NCBI GenBank assembly: GCA_045837725.1
Contig: JBEWZL010000008.1
Span: forward strand, 1 to 64,000
DNA length: 64,000 nt
Direction: 5' to 3'
DNA from: Vermamoeba vermiformis
Lineage: Eukaryota
The first letter of the stretch is position 1, and the number at the start of each line of letters is the position of its first letter. Shown in pieces: positions 9,034 through 21,863 of the stretch. Both the position numbers and the translations under genes were made by a program. The notes below the pieces were generated by a model. It did no database searches and was not told the origin of the DNA. It saw only the letters and a list, made by a program, of their open reading frames with translations.

Positions 9034-11288
9034 TCAGCTAATGATACATCCTGCTCTCTTCTTGGGCTTAGTTTGCTTTGTGGGTTTTGCAGGCCTATTA
9101 TCATCTTCCAAAAAGAGCAAATATTCAGTGCATTTGAGTTGCAGGTAATCTGAATTAGCTGCTTCTCCAAATTGTAAAAGCTCTTGTACAAACTGAATGT
9201 CCATGGTTGGACTCTTTCTGCCACCCTTGGATAGATGCATCTTGTCTGCCATAGCTCTGCACAAGTAGTGCATGAAAGATTGCAAAGCAAATTTGTCAGC
9301 AAACCTCAATAACTTCAAAACACATTCAACTACACGCGAATCTCCATTTTCCACAAGTGCAATTGAGTCAGTATAAATAAACTCCAGTAATAGTAGAGCT
9401 GATTGGAGGTCCAAATCTGCTACATTAATGTCTTTTGTTGCTCCATTATCAGTCCATAAAGTTAACAGTTCTGGAACACGTGCTTGCAAGACGAGCTACA
9501 GAAAGATTGAGTTAGCAGTATCCACAACTATTTTTAAACTTGTTGCTTACTGAATGGGCGTGTAGGATGGACTGCCCAACCTGAATTTTCAAATCTGCAT
9601 GGAGTACATTGTTTATCAAGCCCTTGCATGTCTCTACCAAATTGGAACTGAAAGGAGTTTAGTGAATTATGATATTTGTGCATAACTTACCCTGCCTCCG
9701 TGAGTATTGAAGAAAGAATTGAAGGCTCGCTTTTGCTAATTGCACTTTTGATCTCCGTGGCAAATGTTGATAACGGCTTTGTTGGGTAATAAATAAACAG
9801 ATTGCGCTCAGGGTCTACAATCGCATTGCTTAGCTTCTTTGTAGAATTTTCTAGGTCGAGTTAGAATTTACGCGTCATAACGAGTCAAATATTACCTGAA
9901 AGAATCAACGTTTGCAAGATGTACGGAATGATCATTTTCATTGCCTGCTTATCAACCAAGTCGCCACACACGGCAAAGAACGGCTTGGCAGGGTTACGAA
10001 ACTCGCAAAACTTCTCGACAAAGTAGAGCACAATCGAGCGTGCATCAATGTCACCTGACAGTGTCAGCAACAGATGTACGTAGTCATCTCGCTTACCATT
10101 GTAATCACTCGGCAAATACTTTTTGATGTCAGCGCCACTTTTGATTGCATCCTCGAGGATATTAATGCGCGATATAAAGAGGATGACTGGCGTTTCGGTT
10201 AAAAATTTTGAATTGCTCACATCGCGGTAGAGCGCGAAAGCAGACTGACGATCATCGACGTAGCCGGTGGACTGTTCAACCAGAAAACTATAAACGATGA
10301 TGATGAGAGAAAGTGTGCCTTAGATTGTCATTGACAACGTACGTGTCGGCTGGTACAAACAACAACATCGCTGAAACTGCGTCAAATGCGTGTATCCACT
10401 TCTTGCGTTCGTTTCGCCGACCTCCAATAAGTACAGCTCTGAACACCATTAGTGCCGCAATATCGCACCATAGAACTTACTTGACACTCGAATTGCCATA
10501 CGAGTGTTGATCTTCAACGATTCCAGTCAAGGACATTGACAAATCCCCGACATCGTCCGGGGTTAAATCGCGCTTTGAATTGAGCACCTCGCTCGCCAAG
10601 GGAATAAACCTTGTGACCAGTCAAACTATGCGTCGAGTTAGCAATGAGTTTGCAAAATCTTACGTCTTCAACCAGTGCTTGGCGCGCAACACTTCAGGGT
10701 CCCACACAGCGTTGAAATCGCTTTGAAACTCTTCAGTCTCCCACAGCTGCACGATGTCTTTCATTGCGATGGCAGGGACCTTACGACAAAATTAGCGTCG
10801 TTGCGGAAACAAGGGACTTGCATCATTTTCCGCAGAGTACCGCACAAGACGTTGGGCTAAATTATCTGCTCGTTCTCTAATCTTTGAAGTGTCAATCGTG
10901 ATTTGAATATAGGCAAAGCTTACTTCAGCATTTTTCGAAACTTCTGCGTACTGTTGTAGAGACCAGCGTATCGAACTAATTAATAAATTCCAATAGAATG
11001 AGGGCTCATGTTCTTCTTGCTTATCAAAATACGAGTTGAGTTGTTTTCGGAAGTTGTTCGGCAAAGTTCTATCCAAACCTATTTTAATATTTAAAGTTAA
11101 GTATTCCTATAAGCTCGAATGACTCGTCTCGTTAAAATAACGCGATTAGAGGAGCTAATTTAATTATAATTAATTTGAAAAATTCTGATTTATTTCTGGG
11201 TCCACACCGAGTCTCACAGAATAACAGTGCTACGACACTTACCGTTAACTAAAATTTTGAAATCCGCTTCGTTGTTGTTTAAAGCCAT
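9034..11288 (-). CDS. Degenerate G-protein alpha domain fused to a BTB/POZ domain, C-terminal CaaX (CIIS)
   Basis: Spliced model: MALNNNEADFKILVNG-LDRTLPNNFRKQL ... SLTGIVE ... LIGGRRNERKKWIHAFDAV ... ETPVILFISRIN. In-frame exons then give HADLKIQVGQSILHAHSLVLQARVP...LLEFIYTD...LLRFADKFAL (BTB), ending KKRAGCIIS. Confidence 0.8.
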
Positions 11289-11439
11289 TCTAAACCGCAA
11301 TCCTGGTTTTATACACGGCGCTGTGGTGTTTGTTGCAAAACGGGAAGATTTTAACAATTCAAAAATAGTTTAGTTGTCAATTGCAATTCTAGTAGTTTGA
11401 ACTGAATTTATTACAAGTTATTAACTTATTATACAAGTA

Positions 11440-13758
11440 TTAGGTCTTAAAAATCTTCACCGTTTTGACAACAGGTCCGCGGCAGATCGGGCACGTTTTC
11501 AGCATCTGCGCGCAACTCTCGCAGAATCCTAAATGACCGCAATCCAGTAGAGCAGTGGTGCGAAGGTGGTCTTTTTCTTGGCATATAATACATAGCTCTT
11601 CGTCCAGATCTGCTTCGTCGCGGATGTTGATCTTCTTTTCCTCCTCGACGTTGTTGATTATTGTTGTTCGCTAGTCGCTTAGGAGGTGCATGCAGTACTT
11701 GAAGAAGATTGTCCGCACCGTGTTCAAATGCCTTGCTGAGCTCGAGCACCTGTTGCACGAAGAACTGACCTTCAGAACTCAACAGACCGAGCAGTGTGTC
11801 CAGCTTGGTCAAGTCAGGTCGTGCGCCGTCGAGTTTGAACTGCAAGATGTCAAAGCCCATGTTCTCGAGGGCAGTCACCATGCGGCCTTTGCGTCCAGGG
11901 TTATCGAGGAACGAGACGAATACGAGCTTGGCAGGGTAGACCTCTTGGTAGTACTTCTGAAACATGGACGGGAAGTAGTCCGTGCCGTTGAACTTCTCGT
12001 TCTCAACCTCGTCCGTAACCACGATGAAGAACTTGATCTTCTTGCGCTGTTGGTAGTACGGCCACAACGCACAGGCCGAAGCAGTTAATCCATCAGCTTT
12101 CATTTCTGTGGCCACACGCACGACTTCAGGAATTGTCTTCGGGTTGAGTGGCGGATCTACTAGTCGCACGTTGAAGAATTTGAGCTCCGCAGAGGTGAGC
12201 ACTGTCAACACTGAGGCAATAATGGTGGAGGTTCGAATAGCCACGTCCATGGAATAGCTAGCATCACCCAACACGACCACTGGTGGTTCTAGCTCGAGGC
12301 TGATTTTGTTCAATTTCTCTTCGGCCAGAGGGATCAACAGCTCGTAGAACGGCGCGTCGATCTTTTTGAAGTACAACAATCGTTCCATCAACTTGCCGTA
12401 GGTCAAATTCAGCTTCTCGTCTTTTGATTCGAGTCGCTGTTTGATAATTTGATTGACTTGAGGGTGATTCAACTCCTCGTGGTACCACATCAGTGTTTCG
12501 AGGGGCGTGTATTTCGCGATCAAGGGCTTAGCTTCGTGCGGCAAAGGCTTGATATGAACTCGCAAGTACGAGTAAGGGATTTGCAGTGCTTTGAACTCGA
12601 TGTTGTCCATTTTGAATCGACCAGAGAGCACGTCGACCAAGTTGTCTGAGCTCAAATACTGTGCTACGGGCAAGGAACTGTCGCGTGGAGGTTCAGCGCC
12701 GTAGACGAAAGACAAGAACCACGGCACGGCAAAGTCTTCTGGACTCAAGTGCACGAGATCGGACAATTGCTTCCACGGTTCCTGCACAGACACGTCAGAA
12801 TGATTATATAAAATAAAACAAAATCTTTGGTTTGGAAATATTTTTTGGTGACGTGGCACTGATAGTCAAAGACTTACCTTGGGCATGTGCAATGCAAAGT
12901 ACTCCAAGTCCTGCGCGGGAATTGTGCGCACCCATTGCTTGATTCGTTTGGCCAACGAGCCGCTCAAGCCCTTGTCCAACAACATTTCACGCTGCAAATC
13001 ATTTTCTTGCGCCTTCAAAGTGTTTAATGTCGTTCTCTTCGCCGTGCCTTGTTTCTCCAATCGTGCAACACGTTTTTGCAGTGCTTTGACACGTCGTTTA
13101 GCGTCCAACAGTTCGAGGCCGCGCAGCACCTCGACCAAACTGAACTGTGTCTTGTATTCGTTCAATATCTTGTCCACGATGGTGTACCACTGCTTGGACC
13201 AGCAAGTCGCGAGGAACTTTGGTCTGCCTCCTTTGGCCAGTTCAATGCCTTGGCGCAGCAGTGTGAGTGCTGTGGCCACGTAGATCGGACCGCTCTTTGT
13301 CGCGAAATCAACGTGTTCTGCGAGACTGCTCTCGGCAACAAATAATTTTTTCATCGCTTGCACGTGATTGAATTCTTCATTGCCTTCAATGTGGTCTGGC
13401 TTAACTGCGGGACGTGGTTTTTGGTTCTGGATGTGCTCACAATATTAATCTCACGTAATACAAATTTTTAATGCACTTACACTTTTATGTTTTCCGGGGT
13501 AATCAGCTGGAATGCCGTCGGGGTTCTTTATTTAAGATATTTAGAAATTTAAATATTCAAAAAAATTCAATTAGCCACGAAATAAATACCTGATTCGGAT
13601 TATAAGCTTGCTGACCCTCTTGAGCAGTAAGAAATTGTATAGCTGCATTTACATCACCGTCGCAAATCAATAAGACGGATTCCAAAACATCGCGATCGAT
13701 ATTATTGCCTTGGAAGTGGCGTTGCAGCTGGTTAATCTTCGCTGTATTATCACCCATT
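11440..13758 (-). CDS. CUE/UBA-like, helical, vWA (MIDAS) and C-terminal C3HC4 RING protein
   Basis: N-terminal INQLQRHF..IDRDVLESVL...DGDVNAAIQFL; VVVLGDASYSM and FFIVVTDE (vWA); terminal exon CIICQE...DCGHLGFCESCAQMLKTCPICR. Confidence 0.75.
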
Positions 13759-14155
13759 GTGTTGTGCACGTTATGTAATCAATAATGAAAGGGACAGATT
13801 AAAAATGGTCTTTATCGTTTTCATTCTCGCAAATTTCGCAGTCCTAACAACGCCACACTACCGATCAGTCGTTCGCGGGCTTGTTTGGTACGTTATTTTA
13901 TTATCATTTATAAGTACTCTTCCCAACGCTGCACCACAGAATTGCTTTGGCGGATGCGTCGATCGACGTTGCCAAATACCTTATATTATTTTAAATATGA
14001 CACAAAATTATTCTGTACTAATTGGATGCGATTTCCATTGTCGTACATTTTAGAAAATAATTAAATTAATATTTTTCGTTATTTTGACGATTTTTTGCTG
14101 TCGTCCACGCCAGGTGATAAATATAATAATACTTTGACGCTATTAAAGCATTAAG

Positions 14156-15845
14156 ATGTCACAACCTCCCGGTGCTATTCGAGCATTGCGCGGCACAGAA
14201 GCGCTGTATGCTTTCATTCACTTGACAGACCTGGTAACTATTAGAAACAACTGCTTCCTTTGTATTAATTCAAATAGAGATGCGTTGACATGCAATTCGT
14301 GTTGCGATTGAGCGGCGAATTAGATCCGCAAGTGCTCCGTCAAGCAGTAATGCGCATTCAACAAAAGCAGCCTTTATTGCGATGCGGTAACTCTATCATA
14401 CGACTATTAACATTATTGCCCTGCTCATCGCGTTTGTTCTATTCAGGTCTGCAACGACACGGCGTGGATATTTATCTCGTGCCCGTGGCAAACGCGGAAT
14501 CATTCGTGAAAGTCACCAGTCTGGAGCGACAACACGACAAGCACTGGGAGGAGGTACTGACAGTGCAATGCATCGCTAGTCTGATTGTCGCGTGTCATTA
14601 ACTGTGCCACAGATTGTCGAGCACAAAGTGAACAACAACCAGCCGCTGAAAGAGAACGCGTTGTTGTGGGAAGTGACTTGTTTGCACGACCACCACAACA
14701 AGCGCCACGACGTCATATTGAGCATATCGCACGCCATATTTGATGGCATCTCTTCGCTCGAATTCTCACGCGACTTGCTCCGTGAAGTCGCTGCGGTGAA
14801 GAACGGCAATCCAGGACCAGTTGGTAATGCACATTGTCGTAGGACTTGCCAACAATCTGTTAATACTTGACACTCAGAGCCCGTGAACATGATCAACAAG
14901 AGCGTGTTTGAGCGCATTCACGAAGAAAATCCCGCCCAACTGACCCTCTGGCAACGATTTGCGCCACGCCTGTGGACAGGTGTCTACAACGAAGTGTTGA
15001 AAAAGAAACACAAACTGCCCTACGACCAAGCCTGTCCATTCGCGCAGAGACGACAGAAAGCTATATTTGTCACGTGAGTGTTGGTGCATTGATTGACGCG
15101 ATCTAACACTGTGTAGCGTGCCTGCCAATGTCGTCAAATCATTTTACACCGCGTGCAAGGCACACAACGTCAGTTTCACGGCAGGAATATTCGGTGTCAT
15201 CTCTAACGCCTTGCAAAAAGTGCTCCACTTGCCCGACAACTTCAACATCGGTACGTCTTAGTTCACAACAAGTACTTTGTCGTAATTAACACTGCGGCAG
15301 TTTACTTGATGCCCGCAAGTATTCGCAAGATGGTGCGCGAGCCAGACAATCAAGGGCTGTACCACTGTGGCACTTGTCCACTCGAAATATCGAACGTCGT
15401 CAAGTGCACTGAGGGCGCTAACATCGACGAGACTGAGCTATGGCGCGTTGCCAACGACACCAAGCACGCTATTCACACTGATCTCAAGGGTTACGTGGTG
15501 CGCACCATCGACGACTGGATGTCCACCGTGCACATCTTGAAAAAAGTGGCAGCTTACATTGTGCCGCGCATGCTCAAAGACGCTGCGGGCAGAGGCGAAG
15601 CTTCGATTTCCAATTTTGGCAATTTTGATGGCGATTCGTACCCGAAACAAGTGGACGGCCTGACACTCGAGGCACTGTTCGTGGCCTCAGCGGGTGGTGT
15701 GACAGGCTCATTCCCGAGTGCCATGATGCTCACGCACCACGATCAACTGCACCTCAGCTTTTGTTACCCCGAGCCGCTGTTGAGCTCTGAACATGCGCAG
15801 CAAATTGTAGATCTGACACTCGACACAATGAAGAGGTTTTGTTGA
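14156..15845 (+). CDS. CoA-dependent acyltransferase (condensation/PapA5/alcohol acetyltransferase-like)
   Basis: HxxxDG motif (SHAIFDG), LQQKQPLLR-type N-terminal helix (RIQQKQPLLR), C-terminal SISNFG and LHLSFCYP; multi-exon. Confidence 0.7.
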
Positions 15846-15974
15846 ACGGAACTAAAAAATTGACCTTGGCGACTGAGTAAATAATGTGCTGTAGTATTGT
15901 CCGCGAGAAATTTCGTGACGAGACATTGACGGCTGGAAAATATCTTATTCGTTTTTTGGTCAACAAAAAACTAT

Positions 15975-16628
15975 ATGATGGAGAACACAACTCCCTCTGC
16001 AGAAGGTGACAATAACAAGGGGTCAATATCAGGCCACGAAGATGTGAGTTCATTGCCCGCATTCGAGCACACGCGGTACAGTGGTGCAGGAGTGCTGATC
16101 TACGCTTACAAAAATGACGAAGAGACAGGGACACTTTGTGCATATATACTCATAGGCCAAGAGCGCAAGGGATCATATGACGATTTTGGTGGTGGCCGAG
16201 GCAAAGGCGAGCGACATCCGATCTTGACTGCGGCGAGAGAATTTTCAGAGGAGACGCTCGGAGTAATTTGCTCTTACGAAGAAATGAAACAAATCCTTAT
16301 AACCCCAACTAATTTTGTGTATGATTCGAACTTCTATCAATATTGGGTCAAATTGCCGTTGGATGCGACCATTCCAGAAAAATTCCTCAAAGCGAAGACG
16401 GAAGCGAGAGGCAAGCAATGCCTGAAATGGATCGGAGTCACACAGATACGCAGTGCTATATTGGCCTTCAAACAACGCAAGCCTATCAAAAGCAACAACA
16501 CTAACTTCAATCCGTTCAAACAGCCCCTTGTCTGCGAGGAGTGCGTGCTGCGCAAGTTGTTGATCAAGAAGATGGTGCGCGCAGAGGAGTTAGGGCTGTT
16601 GGAGAGGCTGGAGAAGTGCGCATTGTGA
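15975..16628 (+). CDS. NUDIX hydrolase, intronless
   Basis: Nudix box DFGGGRGKGERHPILTAAREFSEETLG preceded by GAGVLIY. Confidence 0.85.
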   Translation: MMENTTPSAEGDNNKGSISGHEDVSSLPAFEHTRYSGAGVLIYAYKNDEETGTLCAYILIGQERKGSYDDFGGGRGKGERHPILTAAREFSEETLGVICSYEEMKQILITPTNFVYDSNFYQYWVKLPLDATIPEKFLKAKTEARGKQCLKWIGVTQIRSAILAFKQRKPIKSNNTNFNPFKQPLVCEECVLRKLLIKKMVRAEELGLLERLEKCAL

Positions 16629-16823
16629 GGCCGAGAGGATTCGAGAGAACATGCAGTGTGTCAAACGATGTAAAGCTGATATTCTCACGCACAGCACCAG
16701 TGTTGAATATGGAGCGATTGTAAGTCCTTACCGTGGCGTCGTCGAATGAATGTAGCTGCAATGACTTTATGTACAAGTGTATAATACAATGATTTGGCTA
16801 TATGTTCGTATTAACATGAATAT

Positions 16824-18210
16824 TTACATTACTTTTTGCTTGCCCGAACCAAATAGAGCTCTGTTGGCTGTCTTGTCTGCTTGTTGAACGCTCTGATCTG
16901 GGTATGATGAAAATGATTAGAATATTGTTCTTACTCGTAATATGTGCTATATCGGCTATTATCATCGACAAGGTACCTGTATCAAAGTAAGTCTTCCAAA
17001 ATTTGAGCTTGTTGTCTTCAATTTCGACCAGTACAAAGTCCAGATCTTCCCCGCGCTGTAACGTCTCTTTGTTTGTGGTGCAAAACGTCTGAATAAGATC
17101 AGGTAAGTATTGTGGAGCTCATATTTACTCCTCTTATTACCTGTTGTGCAACGGCCAAGTTCGGTTGAGACTCGTCGAACACGACTTTGGTAATATTCGC
17201 TGCTGTGTCTGAGAATGGCGAGAATATTAACACCTAATTATTCATATATTATTATTCGTAATACTCCTACGTACCCTGGTAGTGCTCGAAGAACACGCTC
17301 AGGCCCATCTTGCACGCATCTCGACCCACGAGTCGGTCCCAGGGCGGATTGATGATAACACTGTCCGCGGCAATGCTGCTCCACATGTCGAGGTCTGCGC
17401 GACTCATTGCTTCAGCCTCGCGATGCAGCACTTGTTCGACACAGCGCCGAGTGACGGGCACGTGATTGTTCAGTCCACGCTTCACTTTGACGTGAGGCGA
17501 GATACAAGGCGAGCTAAAAGGGATTAGTAAGTGACAAAATGGAATATGTTAGTGATCATAGGCTCGTGATGAATTACCTGTGCGTCCTCTTGTATTCTGG
17601 ATCAATCCAAGTTAAAAACGACCAAATCTTCAAATCTTCAGAAAATTCGAGGATCCAACCGTGTCTCAACTCCTACCGAATCATGTTAGTCCATATGCGT
17701 GGAATATATATATGCTAATTTGACTACGAATTCTCAAATAGATACGCACAATGTACTCAGCTGCGTCCTTAGTCTTTCTATGCGAGACGAGTTCTAATGC
17801 TGCGGTATGCTTCTCTGCGTCTATTACTGTCGTTTCAATACACAATTTAATTTCCACCACGTTTTTCAGCTCAGTCGCGAATATAGAGGCCTGTTTCAAT
17901 TCAATGAATGAGCGATCCGTCTTAAAAATTTGAAAATGAAACAAATGATAAATCTGCGCAATAATAGCGTATATTTCCGTACCAAAATATTATCCCGTCC
18001 TCGGATGAAAGTCTTCTTCCATTTGTAGGTCGCATCTGAATTCAATTTCGTTTCAAATTCGGTTCTATCAAACTCTAAATAAAATCGTAGCTTAGCATGG
18101 TACTTAATATATACTATATAATAACGTGATGCCTTAGACTTACTCTCAATCGCCCGGCAGATAGATGTGACTTGTTGCTCGATGCGGTGTCGCGTCTCCA
18201 GTGCAGTCAT
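16824..18210 (-). CDS. Tandem SnoaL/NTF2-like domain protein
   Basis: Spliced model joins ORFs 17896-18210, 17681-17944 and 17267-17485. Two repeats of the SnoaL pattern: IRGRDNI...WILEFSEDLKIWSFLTWID and LVGRDAC...VLVEIEDNKLKFWKTYFD. Confidence 0.6.
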
Positions 18211-18744
18211 TTAGTGTTCAGTGGCTTGGTGTGGCTTACAATGCCAATTATAAAAATAACTGTTGCTGATTTGGCGGTGCGTATTTTGTTTGTTGTACAG
18301 TTTCAATTGTCCACGAACATCGCTTGAATTTCAATTGAAAATTGGATTAGCAAGGCGATTTTTGCGCGAGAGGTTTGAAAACTCGTTATAAATTGAACAA
18401 ATATTTGGTAACCACGTCACGTCAATAATTGATAGATTTTTAGTTATTTTGAACTAATTTTTGGATCTAAATAATTTTTGGATCAAGCATAAAATATCCC
18501 AAGAAAAATATTATTTCTAAGTCATGTAATAAAATTATCTAATTATTTTCGACTAAAGAAGCGGTAAGCACAAAAAGTTGATATCTACATTACATTCACG
18601 TTACGTTGGATTTTGCCATTGCGCAGTAATAATAATTCTCATTATAAAGTAAAGTGCTTGCGTTGTCATGCACTTCTTTTTCAAATAAAAGTGCGGCATC
18701 TATTTTAGCCCTTTTTTGGACCTGTAAAACACTAGCCTTCAACA

Positions 18745-21664
18745 ATGGGCAATGCGACAACACAAGCAGTCAACAGAGGTGTGGTGCAAGTATATACACC
18801 GGAGCACCTCGCTGCTGTGGTCAATGAACGCAGATTTGAAGCGCGGTATCAACAATTAACGGATTTGCCAGTAATTATTGTATCAGACAAAGACATTAAT
18901 GAAGATGACCGTAAAATTACTAAAGCAGATTTAAATAACAACTACGGCATTACTGACGTCGATTTGTCTTTCAATCAACTGACCAAATTGCAAGATCTGC
19001 AACAATTAGTGAAAACAAAGAGGTAAATTATAATAGAAGCAGCAAAAATTTTACAATTTATTGGTCATTAATTAATCACCAAAAGATATTCATTGTGTAC
19101 GATTTCATCAACTTATCGTAAACTAGTTGCACGTTCTTAAATTCAACTTCGTGTTCTAATTTTTTTAATTCACAGACTCGATATATCGTACAATAAGATA
19201 GAGAACTTGAATTATATTAGTCAGTTGAAAGAGCTGCAAGTCTTGAAAGCATGCAGCAATCGATTAGCCGGCAGATTGAGTCCAGCAGTAGGCTCGTTAG
19301 TCAATTTGACCGAGCTAGATTTGTCATTTAACAGAGTACTGCAATTACCCGATAATATAGGCCAATTAGTCAATTTAAAACGGCTCAACATGTGGATGTG
19401 CATCGCGCCCGAGCCCTTGCCGAACAGCTTTACAAAATTAGAACAATTAGAAGTGCTCAATTTATATGGCGCGCAATTAGAATTGCTGCCTGACGGATTC
19501 CATAAATTAAAGGTACGTTAGAACACAATAATAACCGATTCGAAATTAAACACTAAAATTTCCTTTTTTAGAATTTGAAGTGGCTGTCACTGCGCGCTAA
19601 TCGATTGAACAAATTGGGCGATTTGCCGATCAGTCTCGAATTCCTCGATTTGACAGGCAACAGCTTGCCCGCGAGTGAAGTGACACGTGTCAAACAATGT
19701 ACTAATTTGGTGCAACTTCGCCTGTCAAACATGATCGTGCGCGAGTTCCCTGCCTGGTTGACTGAATTACCTAAATTGGCAATACTTGATTTGGGTCACA
19801 ATCAACTGCGACAAGTGCCCGGCGAAATAATTGCAAAGGTAAGTACCACACTTCGATAATCCATCGCGATCTGCTCGTTAATCTCGCCGTAAAATAGATG
19901 CAAACACTCGAGAAGATCAGTCTCTTTCACAATCTCCTCGAGAATCTACCACGTGAGCTGTGGGAACTTCCCAAACTTCGCGTAGTCACACTGCGCTCGA
20001 ACAATTTTTCAGTGAACATCGATTCCCACGTGTTGCGGCACAGTCCGCGGAATATTATCCACTACTTCAAGACTGGGGCACTCGACGACAGTTTGGACGC
20101 GTGTCAAAGTGTCAAATCAGAGTCTGACACGTACGTCGTGGGTCAGCAGTTAGTCGAAGAATTCATGAACCGAAAAGTCGATAAATCAGCGGTGCGCGAA
20201 GGATTATTTCCTATTTCGGAAAGTACTTTGTCGTTGGAGCGCATCATCGACATCATTTTGGGCGTGTTGATCGGTGAGTACACTGTTTGCTTCGAAACAA
20301 GTTATCAGTTACTAATTTCCTAATTAGGCAATGCCGTGGGTGATGCAGTCGGATTGTCGACGGAATTTCTCGACAAAGAACTGGCACACTTCTATTACGA
20401 CGCACCAATCAGGTTCGAGGACTTTTTGTGTGATGGTCATCGCGCAGGGTACGTGCAGCGTTGTGCGAGTGGACTTGCCTAATTAGGACATGCAGGTGGG
20501 TGGCAGGTGACTGGACAGACGACACTGATCAGATGATTCTTATTATGGACACTTTGCTGGAGTTGAAGGGCGAAGTGGATCCGATCAACTTTGGTCAAAA
20601 ATTGTCACACTGGCTCAGCTTTGGTATGTCGAGAACATCAATACATATATTAATGTTGCTTATCACCTGTGTTCAAAGGCTTCCCCGAGTTGAGTGACGA
20701 AGGAGGCTCAGGCTGTGGTCGCACCACTTACAACGTGCTCTCCGCGCCTGACTTCAAAACAGATCCGCACAAAGTACGCGTCAGGATGATAGTCTCAACG
20801 ATGTATAATATCTAATTCACTGCTATATATAGGCCGCGAAAGATGTGTGGGAGAAGGCCAACAGAAATGCAGCTGCGAATGGTACTACCCTGTCAACCTC
20901 AATCTTTGCTAACTTTTATTGCAGGCGCGGTCATGAGAACTTCCATTTTAGGCATTCCTAACTTCGATTCGTTGGAGAAAGTGACCGCGAACACTGAAAC
21001 AATTGCAAAGTAAGTCAAGCTTGGTTCAAACCGTTGATTGACACTTTGACACGCACTCAGAGTGACACATTATGACCCGCGCTGCATCGCGTCATCTGCT
21101 GCCGTGACACATGCCATTGCTTTAATACTGCAGGTACGTGAATAGTTCCTTATATATAGTGTGTACTCACTGGTCGTCAGGGCAAATACGACCTTTCAAA
21201 AGACGAAGACATCACCTCGCTAGTGAAGCGCGTCTACAAGTTGAATCGCCACTACTTTGAAGACAAAGAGCAGCGCAAAGAATTCGAGCGCTGTGTCCGC
21301 GACCACTCGCTCTACGATCTGCATTTGGACGAGAACGGCAAGATCGGCTACACGTACAAGGCTCTCGGCGCTGGATTTTCGGCTCTGAGGACGTCACGTG
21401 ACTTTGAAAGCGGACTAAATCACGTGACATTCGAGGCTGGTGACGCGGACACGTGAGTGGCGCTGTGTTTGGACCAAAAATAGAATTCGTTCTAACAGCG
21501 TTGTTTTTAGGAACTGTGCTGTTGTAGGAGCACTGCTCGGGGCCAAGTTTGGCGTGCGCGGCATTCCTGATCATTTGCTAAGAGCTCTGCCGCACTTGAG
21601 CTGGTTGAAACGGCGCATCTGCAGGTTTTTTGATTTGCTGGGTATCGGCGCCAAAGATGTATGA
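18745..21664 (+). CDS. Leucine-rich repeat protein fused to ADP-ribosylglycohydrolase (ARH/DraG family)
   Basis: Multiple LxxLxLxxN repeats at 18940-20010, then GNAVGDAVGL, WTDDTDQM, ANGAVMR, THYDPRC and GDADTNCAVVGALLGA; N-terminus MGNATT. Confidence 0.85.
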
Positions 21665-21863
21665 TAATCAATGCATGTTAATAATTGTAAATATTTAATC
21701 GAGCTTACGTGGTAGTTTTCGTTCCTAAGCACGTGTTCGGCTGCGATGAAAATTCTGCACAGAAAAAACGGTGAAAAATATCACACAAAGACTTACCCTT
21801 CATTTTGATTCCACTGTTCATTATTAGCACACAACAATACAACATTGATAAATTGCATAACAA

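Noticed and set aside
11447-11670. C-terminus of the 470-aa ORF as given by the ORF track
   Set aside because: A RING domain in another frame is the more plausible true C-terminus.
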